63,745 nt of DNA, filler included, from Licmophora abbreviata (GCA_900291995.1; 10 parts of 10 records of this genome joined end to end with filler, not necessarily neighbours in it); one strand, 5' to 3'. Shown: positions 25,832 to 38,497, counted from the first letter of the whole stretch. The notes: a model not told the origin generated them from the letters alone. Numbers and translations are program-made.

Positions 25832-26763
25832 ATGAGAGTAGCAGATTCGGGCTTTGTTCCCGTTTCCTTGATGATTCTGGCGAGTCTAAGCAGTTCTGAA
25901 CTCACCTCGGCATTCTCGACGCCAGTGTTGACGAGATCGCGTCCTCTTTCAATTCGTCTTCAACGTCGCGGCGTCCGCAGCGAATCAATAATATCTGCGC
26001 CGACGTCTCAGTATCTATCTGTCGTCGTTTCGGAGGACTCCGATACTGTCGAAATTTCCAACGCTCCTTCCACAGTCCGCGATCGCCTGCGCCAAATGAC
26101 GGGATTCTCCCTGACAGCCTTGCGGACGACCATGCGCACCATGACGGGCGTATCCCTCACGGCGATCTTTCTTGGCGCAGTCGCTTTTACTTCTTTGGCT
26201 GTGCGAAATTCAATGGCGTTTGTCTTACGAATCTTTCCGACGTGGGTAAGTCGAGGGGGAAGTCGTGCCTTGGTGCTTCGTCCCTATCTTCAATCTTGCG
26301 CAAAGACCGCTCTGAGTGTAGCTCACAATACAGTACCATTCGTACCTTACGTTCGTCTTCGCCAGTTCCGCTACTTCCTTCAACCATTCCTTGTCTTGTA
26401 TTATGTGCCTCTCATTGCCATTCGAGGAATGGCGGGTCCCAATCGACAGGAAAAGCTAGCCACGCACCAAGCCTTTGTGGATCATATCAAAGAGGCCGTC
26501 ATAGCTGCCGACGAAGCTCAGAATGGAGGATACTGGCCAGTTCACGTGAATGGTGAGATATATTATAAACTATCCCGTGTAAACTATCTGCTGAAAGGCT
26601 CTACTCATGTCATCTAAATCGCTTCCCATTTCTTCCAACAGACGACGGCGTGATCGAAGCGGTGCTCCCCCCGGATCCGAATCAGGAGTCTATCGACATG
26701 ACAGAAGCGCTTGTAGAGTCGGTGGAAGTCGCTCAAGAACAAGAAGAGAGGAAGCGCAGATAA
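25832..26763 (+). CDS. Hypothetical plastid-targeted membrane protein (3 exons)
   Basis: Signal peptide then SAF; introns about 26246-26364 and 26553-26641 give ...FPTW-FRYFLQPFL...HVN-DDGVIE...RKRR*. Confidence 0.6.
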
Positions 26764-27184
26764 AGAACCGTTCGTTGTGTTGCGCAATTGTGATGAAAGC
26801 ATGATTCATTTGATCGTCGAAGGACTAGTTAGCTACGCATTCTCTTATTTCGACACCCGATAAGCTAGTGAACCCGACGCGGGGCAGATTTCAGAACTCG
26901 TTATGACAGCTTCCACATGTTCATGTAACGATGTGATTCGTATAGGTTGCGCCCATGCAGGTGCTCCGCAGCCCGTCAGCGTTTGGGCTGGCTCCTCACA
27001 AGTGTTGAACTGATGGGTACTAGTCCACTACTCGGAGTACCATTCATTGTTCCCCATCGGAACATACCATCGAAGAATCTAAGACGCGGGCATAAGCCAA
27101 AGATAAGATTATAAAATGATGACAAATCCAAATCGACGACTGCTCTTTAGGTCTACGGTACATTTCAATAATGGGCGCCCAAAC

Positions 27185-27641
27185 CCAAGGGAGCGAAAAG
27201 ATGTGGGGGTGTCCGGACGTGCGATCAGGTGTGTCGCTGATCACGATACACTTGCGACAAGGCCAGCGCACCCGTCTCAACTCTCTGCTTGCTAGGGGTC
27301 TCCGAGTGTTCTGGATACAGAGTAAACCGACGGGTACATAAGTAAAAACCGGGTCCGAGGTATCCGGGCTACGGGAACAAGGACCTACACCGGGGAAGGA
27401 GACTTGGTGTGTCGGCGTCCCCTCTATATTAGTAGTAGTCTTTGTGGTGTCATAAAGGAACATCTCAATTGGTCATTCCCTGGTTCATTCCGTGATCGCC
27501 TTAGGTAGGACGAGAACTAATCCTCCTTGGCAACATAACCACCACCATCAGTGCCGGACCTTAGACTTACAGCGGTACCGGTACCCGATACATACGAGGG
27601 TTTACACATACCGCTATAGATTACCGCGCCTGTCAGCATCA
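27185..27641 (+). mobile_element. Probable LTR-retrotransposon 3'/solo LTR remnant
   Basis: Purine-rich tract (AAGGGAGCGAAAAGA) directly before TG at 27202; TATA-like CTATATTAG; CA ends at 27638/27641; no convincing ORF. Confidence 0.45.
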
Positions 27642-27834
27642 GATGCTTCTTTGTCGGCGAAATTCTTAGTACGGGGCATTTTGGGTCAATCCTGCAGAGT
27701 GCCTACGAGAGGTTCTCCGTGTCATCTCCCGAGAATTCCAGGCTCACATTTTGGATCAATTCGCTCGATCTCACAACACAAACTCATCGGTATTTTCAAC
27801 CGTACCCAGGCATTGCGTGAAGAAACAGTGAGAG

Positions 27835-28428
27835 ATGAAGATTGGAATCATTGGAGGTGGAAGCGTTGGCACGGCCCTTGCTGCTTTGATGAAGGATGCC
27901 GGTCATGATGTTGTTGTGGGTTCTCGCAGCCATGCTGAGAGCCAACCTCTCGACGCCGTCAGACACGGCGACGTTGTGATCCTTGCAATCCACTACCACG
28001 TCATTGAAGAGGTCATCAATGCCATGGCTAGCGAGTTGGCAGGTAAGGTGGTGGTAGACGCTACCAATCCTCTCAACAATGATTGGTCCCCTCTTGTCCT
28101 CGGAGCGAATACGTCCGCTGGTGAAGAGATCCAAAACCTCTTGCCCGATTGTCACGTGGTCAAAGCATTCAACACAATCTTTGCTGACGTGATGAATGCC
28201 TCAGACATTGACGAGCAAAACATTGCAGCATTTATTGCCAGCAACCATGAGCAGGCGTTGATGACAGTGGCAGCTTTGGCCTCAGACTGCGGCTTCAAAC
28301 CTGTCACGGTCAAGAAGCTTTCTGCTGCTCGATACTTTGAGGCAATGGCTCACTTGAATATCGAGTTGGCTGTTGGACAAGGCGGCGGAACGAAGGCTTC
28401 ATTCTCTTACTTCCGAAGTGAGGACTGA
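27835..28428 (+). CDS. NADPH-dependent F420 reductase-like oxidoreductase (F420_oxidored family)
   Basis: MKIGIIGGGSVG, DVVILAI, GKVVVDATNP, SAGEEIQ, VVKAFNTIF; intronless, 197 aa. Confidence 0.9.
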   Translation: MKIGIIGGGSVGTALAALMKDAGHDVVVGSRSHAESQPLDAVRHGDVVILAIHYHVIEEVINAMASELAGKVVVDATNPLNNDWSPLVLGANTSAGEEIQNLLPDCHVVKAFNTIFADVMNASDIDEQNIAAFIASNHEQALMTVAALASDCGFKPVTVKKLSAARYFEAMAHLNIELAVGQGGGTKASFSYFRSED

Positions 28429-29031
28429 GTAGCAAAGCTTTCCAGAATGCTGAATCGCCTCACAAGTTGAGGTGACTTTCCTATACTACTAAACTAGGTT
28501 TCAACTCCTTTTGCTTGTCAACGTGAACCAGTAGGTGACGATCGAATTCAGCAATGAGCGCTGCTCATGACAAATACCTAGACAAACTCGAGGCCAAGAG
28601 GGGACCCTCATTGCGACAACTTGTATATGTGAATGTAAAGAACTGGTTCGTATTGGTCGCGCCCGTGCAGGTGTTCCGCAGCACATGGCTGTGGGGCTAT
28701 GAGGCACGCCTTCAAGGTGAAACGCCACGTGGAGGTGAAAGAAAGAAGGTTTTGCATGGCGCACATCAATCTTTTTCTGCGTCGGGAGATCGGGAGGCAT
28801 CAGCACAGTCGGCGGCGGAGCGAGAGCCTATAATATGATGCCAGGCTTTGTTGGGTGACCATTGGCCATTTCGAAACGGTAGCTCAAGCTGAAGAGTGCA
28901 CAGCTTACTGCCACGAGGAGCGAACGGCATGGTAAAAAGTAGTGTGATCGGGCAATTTCACTAGAAAGGCTGCATCACGGTTTCTTCACAATCGAACCAA
29001 CAATACACAATCGAACCATTAATACTGCGAA

Positions 29032-30285
29032 ATGCTGAGGCTGTCCCTGCTGATCGCCTTGTTCATCTTGGGCTCTGCGGGTCCAGCTCCTGGGTTCCAG
29101 ATTTCATCGCTTGGAAACTTTCGGTGGCGAAGGAAAGTTGGGGGTGGTTGCGACCACTGCCGTCCTCTTGGCACTATGCCGGTCCTCAACAGTATGCACG
29201 ATAGATGCATCGCCGCGCTGGACAGCAATCCCCACTTTTATTTGGAAGAGTCATCACAACGGAGTAGGAAGTCGCGAGGTGCTAGCTTTCGATTCGTCGT
29301 GGACAAAAGACTGTCGCATCTGATCGCCAGGGGCTCCGCTGGCGGCGACAACTCGACCTCATCGACTGGTCGAGTTCGATCTGTACTCACCAAAGTATTT
29401 GACGCAATCACCTATCCTGTGGTAAGTTTACGCGAAACCTGGTTCGTACTTGATGCACCCTGACCTTTTGCTCAGAAACATAGTTTGTTCTGTCCCGGGA
29501 ACAGCGGGCGGTCACGAAGAGACTGCGATGGAAAAGGCAAGAAGCGGAGACAGCACACAACTCTGATGCACCTTCTATCGTGCAGGTCGACGAACCAGTA
29601 GCAGTGAACGAAGTCAAAATCGTGAGCGACGAAACCCTCCATGTCGCTGAGGCAGAGCCTGTATCAGTTGTGTCACTGACTGGGTCGAAAGATGCAACAA
29701 AGTCTATGAACAAGGGGTTTCGTGTATCCCCTGTAGGAGACCGCAGGGCTGAGGCTGCGCCCGGCGTTGATCTTTCAGGCAACTGGACTATTCTTGTCTC
29801 TGACGAGTTTCGAAAGGAGTACGATGAATATCTGAAGCAGCTTGGTCAGCCTTTTATTGTACGGTCTGTGGCGTCTCACCATCATTCCGTTGACGACTGA
29901 GGTAACCCAGCAAAGTGAAAATGGGCGAGCCCTTCTCATTCGCGGTACAAACGCGCGTGGTGTATGGGAGCGAACACTGATCTCATCCGGTGCCGACGAC
30001 GTCAACAAGCAGTTCACGCCCTTGAAGGTTCCCATCGTCACCGCTGATGACGAACGAGTGCAGGCCGAGGCTTGGTGGGAAAACAAAGGAACCGTACACA
30101 CATCGCTTATGTTCGGTTTGAACAAGTACGGCGGGGGCGATTTCGAAAGCAGACGTTATCTAGAACAAGCAGGGAAGGTGCTCGTGTGCGAAAGCACGTT
30201 CCATCCTAGAGATAAGGAGCGAGATGATGTGAAAGTTACCTGGCGATTCCTTCGCAATGGCGAAAAGTACGACGTGGGTGCATAA
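29032..30285 (+). CDS. Signal-peptide protein with a C-terminal FABP/calycin-like domain (1-nt frameshift near 29874)
   Basis: DLSGNWTIL...YDEYLKQLGQPFIVR resembles the FABP N-terminal motif; removing one T restores VALTIIPLTTE. Confidence 0.55.
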
Positions 30286-30345
30286 GGCGTTAAATAGGTC
30301 GTTGTTTCGTGGGGAAAGATCTAGAACACACTCGCCGTGGTAAAA

Positions 30346-31476
30346 TTATCTTTCTTCTCTTCCTCTTTGGTGCGCATAGATTAATGATCCTGGAGTTCCG
30401 ACACGTGCGGGGCTTTCTGGGATGACTGGTGCAACACTCTCATAGTACGACGAAGTCGGCGATTTAGACGTTTTGGGCCAAGCTGATCGCTCACTCTCTG
30501 CCCTGTAAACGATTACCACATTGTCGCCACGAACGAGTAGCTGCTTAAGATGCCGTCGACGAACACTCCACGGCGTACCGCCACAAACAGAAAAGTTGTT
30601 GAGCGCTCTGAGGCGCCGCCGCAGTTCCGAGTCCACGTTCGATGATGTTGTGGTCAACAACTCTTTGGAAACTCGAGGGGTATAAACTTCTTCAACGTCC
30701 TTCAGAATCATGTTCATATGCTTGTCGTACGCCAGTAATATCCCCGTCAAGGTCCCCCGGATTGAGTTCACATATCGGATCAATACCCGTACTCGCCATC
30801 GTTTATGAAACGCTTGGTGCAAGAGCGACAGCGGTCCCTTATCGCTGGCATCTGCCAAGGCAGCAAAAGCCGGAAGATTGCGTGGTATTTTGATGGCATC
30901 TTTCGACGTGCTGAATGTTGACACTCGACTACGCTTCAGACCTGCAGTGGGCGTTCGATGCAGGGGGTCGCACGCCGGGAGATGGATCGCGGACTTGCCG
31001 AGGTGGTCTAGCAACGAGCATTTTGACAAGAATGGATTCGCTTTGGTCACTTGTTGCTCCTTCGAGCGGATAACGGCTTCAGCGTCAAAGTCGTTGGATG
31101 AAAAGTCCAAAACTTTGCTTCCTCGCTGACGTGCAGCATGTGTCGCATACCACTGCTCGTCGTGTTGTGCGGTTGTATTGCTTGATCTTGCAGCTGCTGA
31201 CGATGATGATTCGTTCGATTCTGTCAGAAGAAATCGTACCGACGTCCCATACTTGTTCGCTAGTTTCTTAGCAAGTCGATTCTCTCCCTCAAGAGTCCCC
31301 CCAAACTTTGCCCAAATTTGTTCAAAGCGAGTACGCCAGTCGGCTTGATTGGCCGTGACTTCGGGTGAAATGAGTTTGTAGTAGGCTTCCAGGCGCAGTC
31401 GGAGTGATGGTTTTCCCAAATTGACAGGAATGACAGTCGAAGAGTCAGTCCGCTCTGCACGTTTGCTGTGGCTCAT
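30346..31476 (-). CDS. LSM11: U7 snRNP-specific Sm-like protein LSM11
   Basis: LDFSSNDFDA N-terminal motif; GPLSLL; Sm1 RGTLTGILLAYDKHMNMILKDVEE; long insert; Sm2 RHLKQLLVRGDNVVIV. Confidence 0.8.
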   Translation of the reverse strand: MSHSKRAERTDSSTVIPVNLGKPSLRLRLEAYYKLISPEVTANQADWRTRFEQIWAKFGGTLEGENRLAKKLANKYGTSVRFLLTESNESSSSAAARSSNTTAQHDEQWYATHAARQRGSKVLDFSSNDFDAEAVIRSKEQQVTKANPFLSKCSLLDHLGKSAIHLPACDPLHRTPTAGLKRSRVSTFSTSKDAIKIPRNLPAFAALADASDKGPLSLLHQAFHKRWRVRVLIRYVNSIRGTLTGILLAYDKHMNMILKDVEEVYTPRVSKELLTTTSSNVDSELRRRLRALNNFSVCGGTPWSVRRRHLKQLLVRGDNVVIVYRAESERSAWPKTSKSPTSSYYESVAPVIPESPARVGTPGSLIYAHQRGREER

Positions 31477-31692
31477 TGTGAGGAACGCTGTGAATCTCCT
31501 TGTCGCCGCGGCGCTGCGCCATGGTCTGAGAGCAAATCTGTCTCACGCACCGTGAGAGTCTTTGAGTCGTGAGCACGACTAACTGGGTCATAGGTCGCTT
31601 TTACACGTCATCCGCCTTCACTTCAGTCCCGAGTTTCAAGGCTCGTCGTCGGGCGATCGACACAGCTGAGTGAGTCCAATCATTGACGTAGT

Positions 31693-32933
31693 ATGACCAT
31701 GTCGCTTGCCGTTCGTGGCTCCGCTCTGAGCGCCATATTCAAACAGGCTGGTGCAGGTTCGATTGCCTGTGCCGGAACAGCCGTCGAAAAATTGGAACTG
31801 TTGAAACCAAGTAATGGCTATGGAAGTTTGGCATCTCTGCGGGATCCAGCGGCCAGCATCATCTTGTCGACAACGAAGCGTTCGCTGGTAACGGGGTCCT
31901 TGGCGCATCGCCGAATGGCGCGCAGCAAGAACGCTGCCTTGGAGACTCTTTCTTCTAAAACCAGAAAGATCGTTCCCACCAAGGAAATTGCCGCAAACAT
32001 GCCGCTTCGTCCCAGTGAAATGGGCAACCATGAGCTCATTGCACTATCGGCGCTGGAGCACCACGCTGCGCGGTGCGAAGTACTGAAGCGGCACGTCATG
32101 GTGGTCGATGATGTCGCCTACGAGCAAGCTGAGGAGACTTTTGAAAGGATCAAAGAAAGCAATCGACGAGGCATGAAGGTGGAAGCCTTGCCTTATCAGA
32201 TTGGAATTGTCGCAGCAACTACAGGCGCGTTTGTCTCATTTCCAATGTGCTTTCATTTCGAAACGGTGCATACGTTCAATGAGATCTTTGTCACTGCGGA
32301 TGTACCTGAGCCCAAGGACTTGGAGACGGCCTTGGAAGGTGAGTTGAAATGGGGGCAACGTGTTGCTGTGGTGTGGTACATTTCAACTCTCACGATCTTG
32401 TCCCGGGCGTCCTCGGCTTTGACGGAAACGAACAGTTGGAGCATGGGTAAGTTCTCGTATTGGAAAGGAAGGACATATCGGATTTCGTTGCATTTGATAT
32501 TCATGTATCCTATTTCGCTGCTCCTTGCGTTCGAAGGCATGGAACTGGGTTGAGCCGGTCCTTGGGCAGCTCTCTTTCTTTTTGATCTGCATGCAGTATT
32601 CGCGGTACGTGTTATACATTTCCAATGCATTTCAAGGCTTCGCTTGAGCTTCCAGTTAACCAACGAGGATGTATGTTTGCTTTCTTTGTAAGCTCCCAAC
32701 TTCAGAATCTTGGGATCAAGCCGTTCACCTCCCAGCTGAAGCGCCGTCGGGCCCGTCGATTGAGCAAAGAGTTTCCTGAGTACGACGAAAAGGCAAGTAC
32801 ATCTGTATGCGATTCTGCAGTGAACATCAACCCTGTGCACCCTGCTCAAAGTCAACTTGCTATTGTGAATACGGTTCTATTGCCATAGGTGATGTCAGAC
32901 TTTAGTGAGACGGACAATCTGTGGCGTCCGTGA
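31693..32933 (+). CDS. Hypothetical membrane protein, possibly mitochondrial (5 exons)
   Basis: Splicing yields ADVPEPKDLETALE-VGAW-AWNWVEPVLGQLSFFLICMQYSR-SQLQNLGIKPF; includes an 11-nt exon and a probable GC-AG intron. Confidence 0.65.
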
Positions 32934-33034
32934 TCGCAACTCGACTTCCAGTAAACGAAATGACAGCATCACAACTGACAGGGAAACAAGCGACTGCTAA
33001 TGGTTGATCACTCTCCGTCTCTAGCTATACACGA

Positions 33035-34701
33035 TTAGAACCAGTTTTCGCTTTCCTCTTTCTTCTTTTGAATGCGCTCTTTGTCTTCTGCCGTGAACTT
33101 TAGGACGGTGCCAATGGCCCCCTCCATGTGCTCTCGCACAGCATCGTCCGATGACAGGTAATTCACCAACAAGTTGCGAATGTAAGAAAGCTTGGCCTCT
33201 TCGCTTCCGCGATCCGAAATATTCAGCAGCTACAACATGAGCGAAAGAGAGTGAGTGNNNNNNNNNNNNNNNNNNNNNNNNNNNNNNNNNNNNNNNNNNN
33301 NTTAATTAATTAANNNNNNNNNNNNNNNNNNNNNNNNNNNNNNNNNNNNNNNNNNNNCATGCGTGTACTCACCGCGACGTCGCCACGCTGCTGAGCCTCA
33401 AAAATTTCCTTTGCCTTCTTCCGGTACAATCGAAAAGACTCTTTCAAATCGCGGTATTTGGACTCGTACTTGCCAGCGTCGACCTTTCGTCTTTGATCCC
33501 CAAGTGAATCTGCCTTTTCGACCTCCATTTGCAACCTTGACTCGAGATCTTCCTTTTCCGCCAAACACGTCTCGTACCGTTGTCTCCATTGCGCTGCTAG
33601 TAGTGCCTCAGAGCCAGAGCTTTTGAGAGCATTATTCTCTGCCAGTAATACGTCGTAGGCTTCCTTCCAGTGAGATTCCTGCTCGGTCATTTCGGCCTTG
33701 AGACGCTCGAGCTGTGCATGATCCATCCGAGCCTGCTCTAGTTCCTTTTCCTGTGAGCCAATTACAAATGTAGCGCGTCGGTAAGAAATCAGCATTCCTT
33801 GACTTTGCCCTAAGTTCCACGACAGGTATCGCAGCCGCATAGACTGCCGGTAGCTAGGTACGTACCAAATCCTGTCCTTCGATTCGACTCTTGGCAGTCT
33901 GTACATTGCTGGAGTGCAAATCTCGAATCTGTGCGTCGGCCTGCTTTCTTGCCACTTCGGCTCTCACTCGAAAGCGACGAAAGTCCTCGGTTACTTGCGA
34001 TACAGAATGGCGAGCCTCTTGTTGAATTTGTTCCGATTCTTCCGGAGTGAGCGAGTACGGCGGCAGAGTCAATGGCTCGCCGGTATCCCGACGGATGAAA
34101 TCCAACAAGTCACTCTCCGAGTCGAAACGACGCCAGCGCTTGTATCGCTTAGCAGGAACCGAGTCTAGCTGATCTGGAGAAATGCTTTCAAAGTCGATCA
34201 AGGCCCATATCTCTTCCAGTGTTACATCGCTTCCTTCTCCAGTAGTGACTTTGACTCGTTGGCAGACTCGGACAATCGAGAAGGAGGTTTCACTGGATTC
34301 GCCATTGTCGTCGTCCATGGCGATATCTGCAGCAGCTTCCGAGCGATCCGTGTCCATTTGGTCCTTCATAGTCTTTGTCTCGACTGTGGAAGCAAAAAGA
34401 GGGCAATTTCGTGTGAGTCGGGAGTGGACACTGGACACGACAGTCATTCGCGATAAGCCGGCTTGGTCATGTATGATTAGGACACTGTACCTCTAAATGA
34501 CTCTAGTTCCTTTTCCTGGGCTTCGATCCGTTCCTTGGCCATCTTGAGAAGCGACTTGTACTTGACGTTGGCGTCGCGAAGCTTTGTAATCTGCAACGAC
34601 GCCTTGCTGGCATTCTTGCTGCTGCTGGCGTTGGGAGTCATCGCGTCGTCGGATGCAGCGGCGGCGTTTGTTGCTGCCGCCTTTGGCGTTTCCTCTGTCA
34701 T
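33035..34701 (-). CDS. GRIP-domain golgin-like coiled-coil protein (last intron spans the gap at 33258)
   Basis: Coiled-coil exons; last exon SYIRNLLVNYLSS...AIGTVLKFTAED...NWF* matches the GRIP pattern. Confidence 0.75.
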
Positions 34702-35687
34702 TCTCGTTTTGTTCGGAGGGGTTGCGATCTNNNNNNNNNNNNNNNNNNNNNNNNNNNNNNNNNNNNNNNNNNNNTTAATTAATTAANNNNNNNNNNNNNN
34801 NNNNNNNNNNNNNNNNNNNNNNNNNNNNNNCCCTTTCCGAGTCCTTTCCCTCCTTTGCCGCGACCTAGTAAAAGATGGTGGGATGGGATCGTTAGAATCG
34901 TCGTGGAGCCGAGCGAAGAAAAAAGTATGCCGGTTGCATCGCTAGTACCGCGGTACGGGAGAGTACGACGCACAAAGCAAAGGGCGAATTCTCCATTGTT
35001 TCGTGGCTTCTTAATCTATACACTCAACAGAATGCTCACTACATCCACTTCGCACAATGCTAGAATGTGACAGAAGAGAGGGTTGCACAAGAAAAAAGAA
35101 AACGGCATCACATACCTGACATGGTGTTGGTACAAATCGCCGTGCTGTTGTGTGTTCCGAAAAGCAGAGAGGTCAAACTTGAAACCGAATGATGTCGACT
35201 ACCAGAAGACTCCGTACTTTTCTACATGCTCCATTTTACTACGGATTCGTAGTATACCATTCTCCAAAGTACAAAAAATTGCGGGAAGCTTTTCGTTATC
35301 ACAGCAGCGAGGTACCAAGTACACAGAGTTCTGTTTCTTTCATCGTTGGCAGGTGCGTTTGCGCTGCTCGTTCTATTCTGTCGAGCCTAGCAAAGCTTCC
35401 CCTTGTATTGAAGAATGGTCTGAGAACGCGGAAGAATTGAAGCGCCCATGGTCTACGCCGATTCGAGATATTGTTCCTGGCTGCTCGCACGTTTGATACG
35501 GGAAGCAATTCTTTATTCGTAAAACCCAATTGTGTATTGAAAAGAAACAAAGGAATACAGATTTTATCGTTTCAGTTTCGAATTGGGTTTGTTCTTTGGG
35601 TGCCAAGGCATGATGAAACATTCTCTCGTCGTTCTTACTTCTTTCGCTTTGTGTCGTTCTTATTCTCTCCCGCTCAGTTGACAAAAT

Positions 35688-36206
<519 letters not shown>

Positions 36207-36511
36207 ACTGGGGGGACTGTTTGAGCGGCGGACAAAGGCTGGAGCATGGTCCCGGTGATAGGCTGAGCTTGCATAACTGAACGCACGAGAACAACCGCTG
36301 AGTATATGCTAGAGTATATACGGCCGTTCGGGAGTAACGTAGTAATCATACATGTTCTACTCTTTGGTGGCGTCGTTTTCTTATTCTCTGATATCAAACG
36401 AGTCATATCATTGATACGGAAAGCTAGAATAAGAGCAGTGGGCGGCGGTAGCATCACCAGATATCACAGTGACATCCACGTGGCATCATAATTACAAGTT
36501 CACTATTTCAG

Positions 36512-38497
36512 CTAGTCCTCCATACTCTCTGCAATGGCATTTCGGAAATCATCGAACGAAATCTTGTCGTCTCCGTCGGAATCGATGAATCCCATAATTT
36601 CTCGTGCTTGGGACTCGCCACCAAACAAATCAACCAAGTCGGATATTTGCAAGTAGTTACCGTCTGACTTGTTGAAGTGATCAAAGGCCATGCGAATCTT
36701 GTCCTCTCGAAGAGCGAGGTTCTTATCCATCGTCGCCGCCAGAAAGTCCTTCCAATTCAACGTATCCTCTCCCGACAATTGCAAGTCTTCGCGCAAGTCC
36801 GTCAGATCCTCTTGCAGCTGTGCAGGAAAGTTGCCTATAGACGAAAGGGGGGAGTCGATGCGTCGCCGCTGAGCATGCCAGCTGCAAACAAAAGACGCGC
36901 CAAAGCTAGGTAACTTACTGTTTGCACGCGCACTGTCGAGGTCCTTGACAGTAATGAGACCGTCATTGTTCTTATCGATTTCTTTGAACGTATCTCCCAA
37001 CGATCCTACCTCTGACTGTGTGAGGTGGGTCGCAATGTCACCAAGCGCCACCTTTTTCAGCTTCTGCATACCCATGTATTTTTGGAATGTTACGCTTCGG
37101 TTGCTAGCGTGCATAATACTAACTTGCCTCTTGGCGTGGTCCTTGTCATTGTTCTCCAGTTGGTTACGAAGCCAAGTATGCCTCAGCGCTTGCGCTGCCG
37201 TCAATCTAGGAACAGAGGCGTGTACGTGGAGAGAGGTGAGACACTGTGCAGAAAGGAATGGTCAGTCACGTCACCGCTAGCATTTTACAAGCAACCTACC
37301 TTTTCGACGGATCCTTACGAAGCAGTGCCTTGATGAATTCCTTGGCAAAGTCGCTGATGTCGTCCCAGTCGGGCGACGGGAAGTCGAATCGGCCCACTCG
37401 GACCGACTCGAAAATTTGCTGATCGGAATCACCATAGAATGGTGGATAGCCGCAAAGCAAAATATATGTAATTACGCCAATAGACCACATGTCACACGAC
37501 TTTGTATACTCTCGATTCAACACTTCGGGAGACACATAGTAGGGAGTTCCGACCTTGGTCTTCATGATGCTGTGATCGGGATTCTCATATCGAGACAAGC
37601 CAAAGTCGATAATCTTGACTGGCGCATCCTCCGCTTCCGTGAGAAATAAGAAGTTTTCGGGCTTGAGGTCACGGTGGACAATGTGTTTCACATCATGACA
37701 GTAGGCGATCGCGTCCAAAATATCGCGGACAAGGGATGCGGCATGGTGTTCGGAAAAGTGTCCCTCTTCAGACTGAGTCTTGGCAATAATCCGATCAAAG
37801 AGTTCCCCGCCCGTGCACAGTTCTGTGACCAGATGAAGGTACTTGCTGTCCTCGTGTACTTCAATCAACTTGATAATGTGAGGGTGGTCGACTTCTTTCA
37901 AAATCTCAATTTCGCGCTTGAGAACCTCAATCTTTCCGACCTTGGATTTGCGAATGGATTTGATTGCATACCATTCTTTGGACTCGCGATTCATGCACTT
38001 TCGAACGACTCCATAATGGCCATGTCCGAGTTCTTTGGGCTGAATGTGGTAGCTGAGTTTAGTGTACCAGCGAAGGGCGAGAGCGAGGTGAGTTGAGCGT
38101 CCGTCGCGACGACAGTTCGACACTAACATGATGCAGGCATGCCGATTCTATCCTGAACTTACTTGACTCGCACGTCGGTAAGCGCATCGGTAATCATGGT
38201 ACCATCAACGCCCCGCCTTTCGTCTCTAGCTTTCTGAAGTTTCGTTTTGTTCGGGTCGGCAAAGGTCTGTACGCTGGGCTGGAGTGACATCACTGGTTTC
38301 TCAGTACGCTCGTCTTCGGAGCCGATCGAGACAATTTGGACCCTGTGTTCTTTCTCTGAGGGTATGGACGACCAAAGAAAAAGGCAAGTTAGGATTTCGG
38401 GGGTTCTCGTAAAGGTTGGCAGCAGACGTACGAGCTGCAGTTCATTTGTACTCACTGCTGGCTGGGGTGGTGGCTTTGCTCCCTCCTGCCGAGACAT
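36512..38497 (-). CDS. CDPK: Calcium-dependent protein kinase (kinase + EF hands), multi-exon
   Basis: LGHGHYGVV, AIK, HRDLKPEN, DFG, GTPYYVSPE; junction KLKKVAL; EF hands DKNNDGLIT and DSDGDDKIS. Confidence 0.92.

Noticed and set aside
28554..28838. 94-aa ORF after the oxidoreductase
   Set aside because: No recognisable motif; cannot be supported as a gene
28877..28935. GGTAGCTCAAGCTGAAGAG resembling a tRNA D-arm/A-box
   Set aside because: No TTC T-loop and no acceptor-stem pairing downstream
28988..29025. Short duplication (CACAATCGAACCA twice, 19-nt period)
   Set aside because: Two copies only; an ordinary local duplication
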